Source of the DNA: Bacteroidota bacterium
GTDB taxonomy: Bacteria; Bacteroidota; Bacteroidia; Chitinophagales; JADIYW01
NCBI GenBank assembly: GCA_028288625.1
Contig: JAQBNI010000122.1
Coordinates: 27,508 to 91,507 of the forward strand
Length of the DNA stretch: 64,000 bases
Direction: 5' to 3'
This document shows, one piece after another, positions 10,586 through 19,612 of this stretch. The position numbers and the translations under genes are program-made. The notes beneath the pieces were generated by a model that saw nothing but the letters and a program-made list of their open reading frames with translations, was not told the origin of the DNA and ran no database searches. Each line of letters opens with the position of its first letter. The stretch's first letter is position 1.

Positions 10586-11254
10586 TTATTTCAAGTAATT
10601 AACAAGTTTTTTTCTAATTATCTTTTCATCTGTTTTGTAATCTCTAATTATTTTTTTCCGTCTATCGTGATTAAAATCAGAATATGAGATTTCAACCAAA
10701 TTGATATTGTGTATGGGTAATAGTTGCCTTCTGCGCTCATCGTATATTTTTCTTTGCTCACCTCTATGCACTCCACTAACAGTTAAACGGTCAGGCTTAT
10801 CAAAAAAGGTAACAGTCTCTGAATGCTGCTTTTCACAATACTCTATAACAAGATTTAGTTTTTCATAATAACTGTCTACAGGTAGCTTTCTCGCAATACC
10901 TTTTAAATTTTCATCGCCAAGAAGAAAATCGAACTTGTGTTGGCGTAAAGAAACCAAACCTAAAATCTTATCACAAAGGTCGAGTACATAATGTTCATCT
11001 TTGTTAGATACAGAAGTATCCTCGTCTTTTTTTAAGTTTGACTTTATTAAACCTGTTAATGAAACAATAGAACCTGAACTATTAAATAAATTAGGGTAGT
11101 TCCTTGTTCTGCCCTGAATTTGAAAAGCTGTAATTGCCGAATTATCAGCCTTTTTATACCATCCATTTTTATTCAAATCATTAGCGATGTCTTGTGTTGT
11201 CATAGGATGACCTGAATGCATTAATAGTTTTTCTATCGCTGTATGTAAGGTCAT
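10586..11254 (-). CDS. HARE-HTH-like N-terminal domain fused to a DUF559/Vsr-like (PD-(D/E)xK) putative endonuclease domain
   Basis: The N-terminus AIEKLLMHSGHPMTTQDIANDL resembles HARE-HTH. The C-terminus PVDSYYEKLNLVIEYCEKQH...ERRRQLL...NINLVEISY resembles the D...(V)IE.DG.QH...R core of DUF559/Vsr-type nucleases. Confidence 0.45.
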   Translation of the reverse strand: MTLHTAIEKLLMHSGHPMTTQDIANDLNKNGWYKKADNSAITAFQIQGRTRNYPNLFNSSGSIVSLTGLIKSNLKKDEDTSVSNKDEHYVLDLCDKILGLVSLRQHKFDFLLGDENLKGIARKLPVDSYYEKLNLVIEYCEKQHSETVTFFDKPDRLTVSGVHRGEQRKIYDERRRQLLPIHNINLVEISYSDFNHDRRKKIIRDYKTDEKIIRKKLVNYLK

Positions 11255-11260
11255 CGCAGG

Positions 11261-14200
11261 TTAAAATAATTTATGTTGTTCATGATTTGCAATTTCCTTT
11301 TCATTGAATAGTTCACCAAACTTTTCTTTCCAATATGCATCTAATATTTTCTTTTGGAGCTTACTTTCAGATGTAATTTCTCGAACTTGTTTTTCTAATT
11401 CTTTTGCAAACTTATAAGTGTTTTTCGCTTGAAACTTACCTTCTACTAACATTTCTTTTAGTTGTTCAACATATACACTAAAGGCGACCTTATTTCGTTG
11501 GGTTTTAACACCTTTTAAACTTTGAGCCTTTTTTAGTCTGGATTCAATGAGTTTGTATGTTGCTCGATAAAGTTCGACTAAAACTTCTTCCCGCTCCTTT
11601 TTCGTCTTGTAACCTATAGCTTCAAGGATAGCCTCATCTAATCTTCGTCTTTCTGGATTCACAGTATTAATACTTGATAAGTCACCAAGTTCAGCCTTAT
11701 AATTTTTTGTTTCACCTAAATCTACTTTTAAATGTTTCAGGTCAATATTGAGAATTAAAAAATCCGACAATTCATATGTTTGTATTTTACCAACCCCATC
11801 ACCAAAATTTGTTCTAATAATTAGTTGCTGAAAAAACCATGATATAGTAGAATTTAAAAACAGCCATATATTCTTTTCATCGTTCTTTGAATTTACATAT
11901 ACAGTCTGAAAATTATCATTAGCATAAAAATTTCCATAAAATGTTTTACCAAAATCATTAATCATATAGCTAAATGATAACGCAGGCATATTACGTTCTT
12001 TTACATCATACCAATGTAATCTGACAGCTAAAGTTTCGCGAAGATGAAATTGTTTTTTTCTTCCACTGATTATATATTGCCAAGCATAAGTCTTTTTTAG
12101 TTCGCTTTCTTTTTGATGAAATAATAGAAGATTGTATTTTATATCTTTTGATGATGGCTCATATTTGTTTACATCTTTTGGGCTTGTTAAGATTGGTTTT
12201 AAGAATTCATTCTCAATAAGCCATAATTCATTATATTCATTTTTAACAACACGTAAATTTTCAGCTTTGATTGTTTTTTGCGTTACTGTATTATCAGTAT
12301 TATTAATTATAGTTGCAAATTGTGGGGTAGTTAATTCATCAGTAACATCTTTAACGATAAAAAACTCATTGCACCCAGTTGTGTAACCTCGCCTTATTGT
12401 ACCAAAAGTAGAAAGGGGTTTTAATAAATCCTGTGACCTTTTTATTATATCAAAATAAATTTTAGGTGCCTTGAGAAAATTGCTCCATTTTGAATATTTT
12501 ATTAGTAATTCCTGGTTAACACAATTTATACGATAGAATGCATTTTCGATATTTTCATTAGTATTTTCAAATACTTCATGTAATTTATCTACGCCTTTGG
12601 AATTCTTTATTGTGTCTGCTAATGTCGAAGTAAAATAAATAAACTTAACTGTGTTTTTATTTCGAGCATCTTCATCTCTTTGCTTTCGTAATATAACTAT
12701 TGTAGTATTTACAGAAGCGGAAGGGAAAAACCGCTCAACTTCACTATCCATTATGGCTACTATCTCATAATTTCTTAAAAGATAACGTTGTAAATCCACC
12801 CCATAATCAGTATCCAACCAACTATTTTGACAAATAAAACCAAGATATCCTCGGTCTTTTAAAAAAATACTTGCGTGATAAAAGAAATACGCATAAATAG
12901 AAGTACGCTGTGAAGGTTCAAATCCACATTCTGATTTTATGAGTGCAGTAATTTTTGCTTTACTAATTGTACCATGCATCGTTCCAATATCTTCTTGTCG
13001 CGTGTAAGGGGGATTCCCAATTATTGCATCGAATTCAGGCATAGCCTTTCGTTCTAATACGCCTTTTTGATTGTGAAGCGGTATTGATATATTCTTTCTA
13101 ATTGAAAAGAAATCCTTATTTATTATGCGAGGATAACTTGGCTTTTTTGTGTTTCGAATCGCTAAATTAAGCATACTCAAATATGCTGGATAACCAGATA
13201 AATCATTTCCATAGATTTCATTTAATAGGTTTTCATGTCGAATGCCTTTATCCTCTTCTATACATAAATGTTTTTTTCTTTCATAGGCACGAACCAAAAA
13301 TGTTCCAGAACCACAAGACGGGTCAAAAATTTTATCATTGCTTTTGTGAATTGCAAATGAATTAATAAAATCAATTACATGGGGCGGTGTAAAATATTGT
13401 CCGAGCTTATGTCTTTCATCCTCTCGAATTAGTTCTTCAAAAATTCGCCCGATAATATCAAAAGGTATCTTGCTGAAATTGTAATGACCTCCTGTGTCTA
13501 AAATCTCTTTTACTAAATCAATGACAGCATCACTTAAAAAAGGTATTTGAAAAATAACATCACTACGAACTCCTATAAGCAATTCAAAGTTTCCTGTTAT
13601 CTCTTGAAAAGTTTCAAAGTAGTTCCATATAGTTTCCTCTAATTCTTGGGGTGTGCTAATGTTTTCAGGCACTTCCATTGGATATAGTTCGTGCCAAGTT
13701 TGATTATCTACATATGCTTTATAAAATATCAGCTTTGAAATCAGCATTAATAACCCAATGTGAGTCAGATTTTCAATTTCCTCAAAAGTGTGCGGCTTAT
13801 TCCATAATTGACTTGTAGCATACTTTGCAATTTCTTTTTCAAAAGTTTTGTTACTTTTGTATTTATCCCACACCTTGTTGCTAATAGGGTGTGCATAAAC
13901 TTCAATCAACTTTCGTATTTTAAAAATAAATAGTTCATCAAGTTCACTAAATTTAATTGGCTTACGGTCTAAGATTTCTATTGCTCTTTCAAGATAAAAT
14001 TCAGCAATAGTTCTAAGTTTAGTAAGAATCTCTTTTGTAGGTGAATAGTTTACACTTAGTCGACTTATATCTGACAAGTTGAAAAATCCTTCGTGAACAC
14101 TTATTTTTTCATATAATTTATCTTTATCAAAAAATGCACATGCTAAAAAATTACAGTTGCCAAAATATTTGATGTCAATCCTTTGTGCTCGTTCTACCTC

Positions 14201-14434
14201 TCTAATTAAAACACCATTATCAAAAACACTCTTTCCATCTCTTGCAGTTGGGTCTTTGAGTTCAATAAAAAAAATAGGCTTACCATTTTTATTTTTTAGG
14301 GTAATATCGGCACGGTTTTCTTCTTGTATTGCATAGGGCTGAATCCTTCCTTCTAAACCTTTTTGTTTAATAAGTTCAGTAAAGATTGTATTTAGTGTAC
14401 CCTGTAATTGCCTTTCAATTTTCATAAATATCAC
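11261..14434 (-). CDS. Type IIG-like restriction-modification enzyme / N6-adenine DNA methyltransferase (Eco57I/MmeI-like architecture)
   Basis: 1057 aa. Motif X LGQYFTPPHV, motif I FDPSCGSGTFLV and motif IV IGNPPYTRQ give the gamma-class order. An N-terminal ADITLKNKNGKPIFFIELKD fits D-x13-ExK. A long C-terminal region is a plausible target-recognition domain. Confidence 0.8.
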   Translation of the reverse strand: MIFMKIERQLQGTLNTIFTELIKQKGLEGRIQPYAIQEENRADITLKNKNGKPIFFIELKDPTARDGKSVFDNGVLIREVERAQRIDIKYFGNCNFLACAFFDKDKLYEKISVHEGFFNLSDISRLSVNYSPTKEILTKLRTIAEFYLERAIEILDRKPIKFSELDELFIFKIRKLIEVYAHPISNKVWDKYKSNKTFEKEIAKYATSQLWNKPHTFEEIENLTHIGLLMLISKLIFYKAYVDNQTWHELYPMEVPENISTPQELEETIWNYFETFQEITGNFELLIGVRSDVIFQIPFLSDAVIDLVKEILDTGGHYNFSKIPFDIIGRIFEELIREDERHKLGQYFTPPHVIDFINSFAIHKSNDKIFDPSCGSGTFLVRAYERKKHLCIEEDKGIRHENLLNEIYGNDLSGYPAYLSMLNLAIRNTKKPSYPRIINKDFFSIRKNISIPLHNQKGVLERKAMPEFDAIIGNPPYTRQEDIGTMHGTISKAKITALIKSECGFEPSQRTSIYAYFFYHASIFLKDRGYLGFICQNSWLDTDYGVDLQRYLLRNYEIVAIMDSEVERFFPSASVNTTIVILRKQRDEDARNKNTVKFIYFTSTLADTIKNSKGVDKLHEVFENTNENIENAFYRINCVNQELLIKYSKWSNFLKAPKIYFDIIKRSQDLLKPLSTFGTIRRGYTTGCNEFFIVKDVTDELTTPQFATIINNTDNTVTQKTIKAENLRVVKNEYNELWLIENEFLKPILTSPKDVNKYEPSSKDIKYNLLLFHQKESELKKTYAWQYIISGRKKQFHLRETLAVRLHWYDVKERNMPALSFSYMINDFGKTFYGNFYANDNFQTVYVNSKNDEKNIWLFLNSTISWFFQQLIIRTNFGDGVGKIQTYELSDFLILNIDLKHLKVDLGETKNYKAELGDLSSINTVNPERRRLDEAILEAIGYKTKKEREEVLVELYRATYKLIESRLKKAQSLKGVKTQRNKVAFSVYVEQLKEMLVEGKFQAKNTYKFAKELEKQVREITSESKLQKKILDAYWKEKFGELFNEKEIANHEQHKLF

Positions 14435-14452
14435 TTCTAATTATTTTATTAC

Positions 14453-16288
14453 TTATAAGCCCATTGATTGAATAAGTCGTCTACTTATTATCAAAGCAGA
14501 ATTATATGCGTATAATTGATTAAGGTCTGAATATTTTATTTGCCGAAATGTCATTACAAAAAGTGAAATCAAATATTCAATAATTGAATTATCACTACTA
14601 ATCGAAAAAGAGTTATTGCGAATTCTCTTTATTATCTCAAGCATATCAACTAAATCTACTCTTGTAGTAGTTTTGAATCTGTTAGATAACTGAAATGAAG
14701 TATCTAAAATTAATTCATCTTCAATTTTATTAAGCTCGCTAATTTCAATATAGAATGGAATATGTTTAAACTTAACTGAGCATTCTAAGGCTGTATGGTC
14801 AACAAAAGCATGTCTTATTCCAGTATACCCAAAGTCAATTAAATAAATGCCTTGATTGTCTTTAAAGAAATTTTCAGAATGCAAATCCCCATGACAAATT
14901 TTTTGGTGAAACTTATATTTTGCAGACCATATTTTTTCAAAATTAATTATTAGTTCATTTTTCTTTATTTGTTCAGCATTCAAATTCAATATTCGGCCCA
15001 CTTCCTCAATTGTTTCATTTGCTTTTAAATAAGCAGAATACAAATCACTACAGGTGCATTCAATACTTTCTACTGAATCAATCCATGTTTTAAATAGAGT
15101 TATATTAAATACCTCATCAACAATTTGTGTTTTACTTCCATGAAATATATTTTTCTTATTAGATAATATTTCATTATAAGAAAATGATTCAGATGCTATA
15201 TCTGATATTGCATAACTATATCTTAAACCCTCATAAATCAATGTTTTGTCATATTGACACTCATATTCATTAAATTGTTTATAGCCTTCAATAAATTTTC
15301 CAAAACACTCATATTCTTTTAGAATTTTTCTTTTGTCGTCTTTCGCGCAGTATTTAATAATATACCTTTTTTCATGGTCTGGCCCCAATTCCTTTTTGGG
15401 TCTGACTTCTATTACTTTACAACCACTGTTGCCATCTTTTAGAGTTTTATAAATTATAAGTGGAGTTCTGAAATTTCTACAAAGTTTCTTTATAATTTTT
15501 TCTTCTTCATGTTTAATCGCACCATTTGAAAGTAGTGTACCATTTACAAATCTTATTTCTTCGAAAAAATCTTCTTTACTTATTGAACTTTGAAAATATT
15601 CCCCTGTATAATCATTATCACTTTTCAGAGAGAAATATTCAAAATAAGAATAGGAGCTTATTATTTTTGACAGGATTTCATTTAATTCGTCTATAGATTT
15701 AATGTCGTTTGTTCGAGGATGAAGCAATAATAAACAGAGCAAATTACCTTCTTGGTTTTTACCTTGCTGGATATCATCACTATATTCTTTAACTTTTTTA
15801 AAGATTGTACCAGGTAGAATTGCACTTAATTTCTTTCGAATAGGTTGAATAAAAAATGTTTCATCGTAAAGCACCATTACATTATATGATTCTAATCGGT
15901 CATTTTCCAGTTTTACAATAAAATAGCCCTTTATGATTTCAAAATGTTCGTTTAATTTTTGAGTAAGTGCTTTAAATAGTTCATTATAATTGGTTTGCAC
16001 TTCAATAAAGCGCGTTGTTTCCTGAGTTGTTATTTCTTCTGTCGAAGGAGATTCTTGTTTTTCAAATTGTTCTAATTTTATGCCAATAATACTAAGCTCA
16101 TTAGTAAAGAAATCTGCTTTTAATTTTGTTGCAAAATCTTTAAAGTAGTATTTATCTTCCTGTGTTAATGAATTTAATTGACTTACAATATTTTTTAAAG
16201 CAGGTGCATTAGGTGTTGCATCTTTAAAAGCTAATTCTTTTTTATGTATTAACTCTTTTAGAAGTGTATCTTTTTCAGCGTCTGTCAT
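14453..16288 (-). CDS. Protein-kinase-fold protein with an uncharacterised ~280-aa N-terminal region
   Basis: Gly-rich DGNSGCKVIEV, Lys-strand RYIIKY, catalytic loop ICHGDLHSENF (HxDxxxxN) and LIDFGYTG (DFG), all in canonical order. Confidence 0.65.
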   Translation of the reverse strand: MTDAEKDTLLKELIHKKELAFKDATPNAPALKNIVSQLNSLTQEDKYYFKDFATKLKADFFTNELSIIGIKLEQFEKQESPSTEEITTQETTRFIEVQTNYNELFKALTQKLNEHFEIIKGYFIVKLENDRLESYNVMVLYDETFFIQPIRKKLSAILPGTIFKKVKEYSDDIQQGKNQEGNLLCLLLLHPRTNDIKSIDELNEILSKIISSYSYFEYFSLKSDNDYTGEYFQSSISKEDFFEEIRFVNGTLLSNGAIKHEEEKIIKKLCRNFRTPLIIYKTLKDGNSGCKVIEVRPKKELGPDHEKRYIIKYCAKDDKRKILKEYECFGKFIEGYKQFNEYECQYDKTLIYEGLRYSYAISDIASESFSYNEILSNKKNIFHGSKTQIVDEVFNITLFKTWIDSVESIECTCSDLYSAYLKANETIEEVGRILNLNAEQIKKNELIINFEKIWSAKYKFHQKICHGDLHSENFFKDNQGIYLIDFGYTGIRHAFVDHTALECSVKFKHIPFYIEISELNKIEDELILDTSFQLSNRFKTTTRVDLVDMLEIIKRIRNNSFSISSDNSIIEYLISLFVMTFRQIKYSDLNQLYAYNSALIISRRLIQSMGL

Positions 16289-16294
16289 AATTAA

Positions 16295-18175
16295 TTAATA
16301 ACCGTAAGTATCTTTACGCTGTTTAAACGCTTTTTCTCCTCCTTCTAAAAGTTCTATAATCTTTTCTTTTACATCATCTACATTGCCTACAACATCAACA
16401 TTAGATTTACGGTCGTATTTTAAAAACACGTTAAATTCCGATTCTGACAAAACAGGAATATTTGGATTATGTGTTATCAGAATAAGTTGTCTCTCCTGTT
16501 TCTGCTTTCTTATTATATCATGAATTTTGCCACTAATGTATTTATTATCTAAATTATCTTCAGGCTGGTCAATAATTAATGGATTATCAGAAACAGCAAA
16601 GATTATTGGCAATACAGTTGTACATCTTTGTCCCATTGATAATTCATCGGAATTGCGATAATTTTCTTCTACCATGTTACCCTCGTGAATTCTCAATTTG
16701 AATTCAGGCAAATCATCGCAGTATAATTTTTCAATTTCATAAATTATCTCAGTTTCAAATAATGCATTGATTATACTATCAGACCTAACAATATCAATTC
16801 CAGAAATTGTTTTGAGCTTATTACTATCCTTACTATGAATTACGTTTGCAAACTCATCTGCTGAAAAATTTTCTACTATCCTTGGAATTAATTCATTGTA
16901 ACGCAGCCCCGAACCTCTAAGCGCTTCTCTCAATTTGTCTTCAAATGGGGCTGTAATCCCTGAAAAGGTAAGATTTATGACTATTGCACCTTCGAAAGTT
17001 TTATTTAGTTCTTTGATTGAGTCAAGTCGTATCTTAAAAATTGCTTGCTTACAATCATTTAATTTATTTACAAGAGAAATTCGTAAAATTTTTAGCTTAT
17101 CTCTTTTCTCACCTAATTCTACTCTATCTTTATGTAATGTTTCTTTCTCATTCAATCTTTTTGAAAGTAGGTGATATTTGTTAATATATTCTCGATGTGC
17201 GTCAAATTTTTGCTTTATTTTAATAAATTCTGCTTGTTGTAAATCTTGAACTTCTGAAAGTTTATTATTAAATCCTTCAAGTGAAATAAGTAACTTATTA
17301 ATTGATTCAGAAATAGTTTTAATGTTGTTCTGAACAGAACTTATCGCAATTTCAGTTTCAGAAATCACACTTACCATAATTTCCTTATTGATATGAGTGT
17401 CCCTATCAGCTTGTGTTTTAGTTAGGATATCAAGTAATTCAATTTCTTTTTGTTCATATTCTACTCGCATTTCTGTAAATGTGCTAAGGAGTTTATTAAG
17501 AACCCTTTTTTCATTCTTTCTCGTTTTTTCCTTAATATCAGCTTCTTCAAATTCTTTTTTCTCATCATCTTTTAATCCCGCCGGTTGTTGATTTTTTTGT
17601 GCTTCGAAATCAGCTTCAATACCATCATATTGAGCTAAAGATTCTTCAATTCGTAAAAGGCGTAAATTATATGTTTTGATATCTTGGGCATTAGCATCTA
17701 AATCTATTTGAAGTTGCTTTATAGTATTTTCAAATTCCTTTATTTCAAACTTCACTTTTTTATCTAATAATTGTAATCTTTCCTTATCTGAACGTCCAAT
17801 TTCTTCAATCTTACCAGTTTCATAAAAATCGCATTCAATATCATCAAAGATTTTATCAATTGAAACAAATTCGGAATTAGGGTATTTATAAGGTTGCGGC
17901 TCATCATTGAACGTTTTAGTTAGTCTATAGAAAGCACCATCTTTTCCTTCAAGTTCTAAAGTGATTTCACCTGTACCAAGATTATTTTTAAGAATATTAT
18001 AAACGTTCTTATCATCTTCAGCATTTTTACAAATTGTCGCTTTTATTAGATATAAGATTGTTGATTTTCCTGTACCCCTCCCCCCCATAATACAGTTAAG
18101 TTTTTCCGAAAACTCAATTTTAGTATCTTCAAAAAAAGGAGAATTACGTATTTCTATGGATTTAATTCTTTTCAT
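16295..18175 (-). CDS. SMC/ABC-type (Rad50/RecF-like) ATPase with a central coiled coil
   Basis: Walker A GGRGTGKST, a long Glu/Lys-rich heptad-like middle, signature-like LSMGQR, Walker B LIIDQPEDNLD, and ITHNPN. Confidence 0.8.
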   Translation of the reverse strand: MKRIKSIEIRNSPFFEDTKIEFSEKLNCIMGGRGTGKSTILYLIKATICKNAEDDKNVYNILKNNLGTGEITLELEGKDGAFYRLTKTFNDEPQPYKYPNSEFVSIDKIFDDIECDFYETGKIEEIGRSDKERLQLLDKKVKFEIKEFENTIKQLQIDLDANAQDIKTYNLRLLRIEESLAQYDGIEADFEAQKNQQPAGLKDDEKKEFEEADIKEKTRKNEKRVLNKLLSTFTEMRVEYEQKEIELLDILTKTQADRDTHINKEIMVSVISETEIAISSVQNNIKTISESINKLLISLEGFNNKLSEVQDLQQAEFIKIKQKFDAHREYINKYHLLSKRLNEKETLHKDRVELGEKRDKLKILRISLVNKLNDCKQAIFKIRLDSIKELNKTFEGAIVINLTFSGITAPFEDKLREALRGSGLRYNELIPRIVENFSADEFANVIHSKDSNKLKTISGIDIVRSDSIINALFETEIIYEIEKLYCDDLPEFKLRIHEGNMVEENYRNSDELSMGQRCTTVLPIIFAVSDNPLIIDQPEDNLDNKYISGKIHDIIRKQKQERQLILITHNPNIPVLSESEFNVFLKYDRKSNVDVVGNVDDVKEKIIELLEGGEKAFKQRKDTYGY

Positions 18176-18329
18176 GTACTTAATTTAAGTCGTCATCAGG
18201 CAACTAATATAACAAAAAGTCATAATACAATTAACAATTTAGATAGTTGTTATCCAATTAATTTCCTTTGTAATTTTATTAGCTCAAGAGTTTCAAATTA
18301 TTGAAAACTGTAACATTATTCAAATTGAG

Positions 18330-19580
18330 TTATACTTTAGCTTGGTTAAATACCTCGATTGCAAGATTATTTTGAGAAGGGTAAACAAATTCATCTGTAA
18401 TTCCAATTTGCATTAACCGTAATCTTATGTGCTCTGCCAGTTTTTTATGAATGTTAAAACATTTACAAAATCTATAATTATATTCCTTCTCCTCGGGTTT
18501 GTCGCTTTTATATTCCTCATCAGCTACCATTTCCAATGGCATGGACGGATTAGCATTCCAAAGAAAAACTCCTTCTTGATTTAATATATTCTTACTATTA
18601 TTCAGCGAAAATAATATTTCCGATTCAACATCCCTATCACTAAAATATCCAATTGGAAATGACATTAAGTGTTCAATCTTTGTCATGTGATAAATTATAC
18701 CTGAACCCAAGATTTTATTTTTATCAAATACCTTTCTTCCTTTGAAATGCTCCTCCATTTCTTTTCTTATTTTTTCATCATCAGTAATCTTAGCAATCAT
18801 TCTTACAAGCATTGGGTGTTCCATTTTAGTTAATCCATCTTCTATAATGCCACGTAAACTTGCATCTTTAACGAATTTTTCTTCAATATAATAAACACTC
18901 AAATAATCTTCGATTTCAATAGTACCGGAATTAGGAATCAATCCATCAAGTGCAAAATATAAAGCGTTTGGAAGTTTATAAGTCCAATCTAAAAGAGGTG
19001 TTGGACAACCATGATGCTGTAAATAGCCCATTACAGAAATTGGATTTAGTGCATCAATGTGATGGGCATTTAAAATATCATAAATTTCAACGGAAAATTT
19101 ATTTTTACCTATTTCCACTAACTTTTCTAAAAAGGCTTTGTATTGGTGTACTTGAAATAGCTTTTGACTAAGCCACTCCCTTTGTAACTTACTATATAAT
19201 CTCCACTTTGCTTCGCGTTGTCCTCTGTATATGACATCATCTTTTTTTATAAACTCATCAAATATCTTATCAAACTCCTCTGCAGTGTCAATATTAAGTT
19301 GTTCAAAACTATAAGATTTTTGTAGTGTTGTTGAATATTCAGAAATGTATTCAGGATGATAAGGAGGGGGCGACAACTGAGAACCTAATATAGCGAGCAT
19401 AAATGCATTTACTCTTGGACTTACAGTTTCTGCAAGTACTTTTCCATTTCTGTCCGCTCGAACCTTAATTAAATCTTCTAAAAGTTCTGGAAAAAATATT
19501 TTCTCTATACCTCCATTATCTAAATATTCTTTTAAGAGTTTTACTTTTAAATCCAAATTGGATATTTCTCTTGTCGCCAT
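18330..19580 (-). CDS. FRG domain-containing protein
   Basis: VIYRGQREAKWRLYSKLQR together with YLQHHGCPTPLLDWTYKLPNALYFA match the two signature blocks of the FRG domain. Confidence 0.75.
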   Translation of the reverse strand: MATREISNLDLKVKLLKEYLDNGGIEKIFFPELLEDLIKVRADRNGKVLAETVSPRVNAFMLAILGSQLSPPPYHPEYISEYSTTLQKSYSFEQLNIDTAEEFDKIFDEFIKKDDVIYRGQREAKWRLYSKLQREWLSQKLFQVHQYKAFLEKLVEIGKNKFSVEIYDILNAHHIDALNPISVMGYLQHHGCPTPLLDWTYKLPNALYFALDGLIPNSGTIEIEDYLSVYYIEEKFVKDASLRGIIEDGLTKMEHPMLVRMIAKITDDEKIRKEMEEHFKGRKVFDKNKILGSGIIYHMTKIEHLMSFPIGYFSDRDVESEILFSLNNSKNILNQEGVFLWNANPSMPLEMVADEEYKSDKPEEKEYNYRFCKCFNIHKKLAEHIRLRLMQIGITDEFVYPSQNNLAIEVFNQAKV

Positions 19581-19612
19581 AGTTGAAATCCATAAAATAA
19601 AATAGTTAACTT

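Noticed and set aside
12132-17591. Short plus-strand ORFs inside the methyltransferase and ATPase genes (12132, 13183, 16935, 17397). The same applies to antisense ORFs inside metG, pepA, the TonB-dependent receptor, the S15 hydrolase and others
   Set aside because: Each is fully nested antisense within a long motif-bearing ORF, which is typical of shadow frames in AT-rich DNA.
10163-18175. Calling the ATPase/kinase/methyltransferase operon a canonical BREX or Pgl system
   Set aside because: No PglZ-like alkaline phosphatase, BrxA/B/C, BrxL or BrxHI-like gene is visible anywhere in the island. The ATPase is SMC/ABC-like with a coiled coil, not BrxC/PglY-like. Only the domain inventory is similar.
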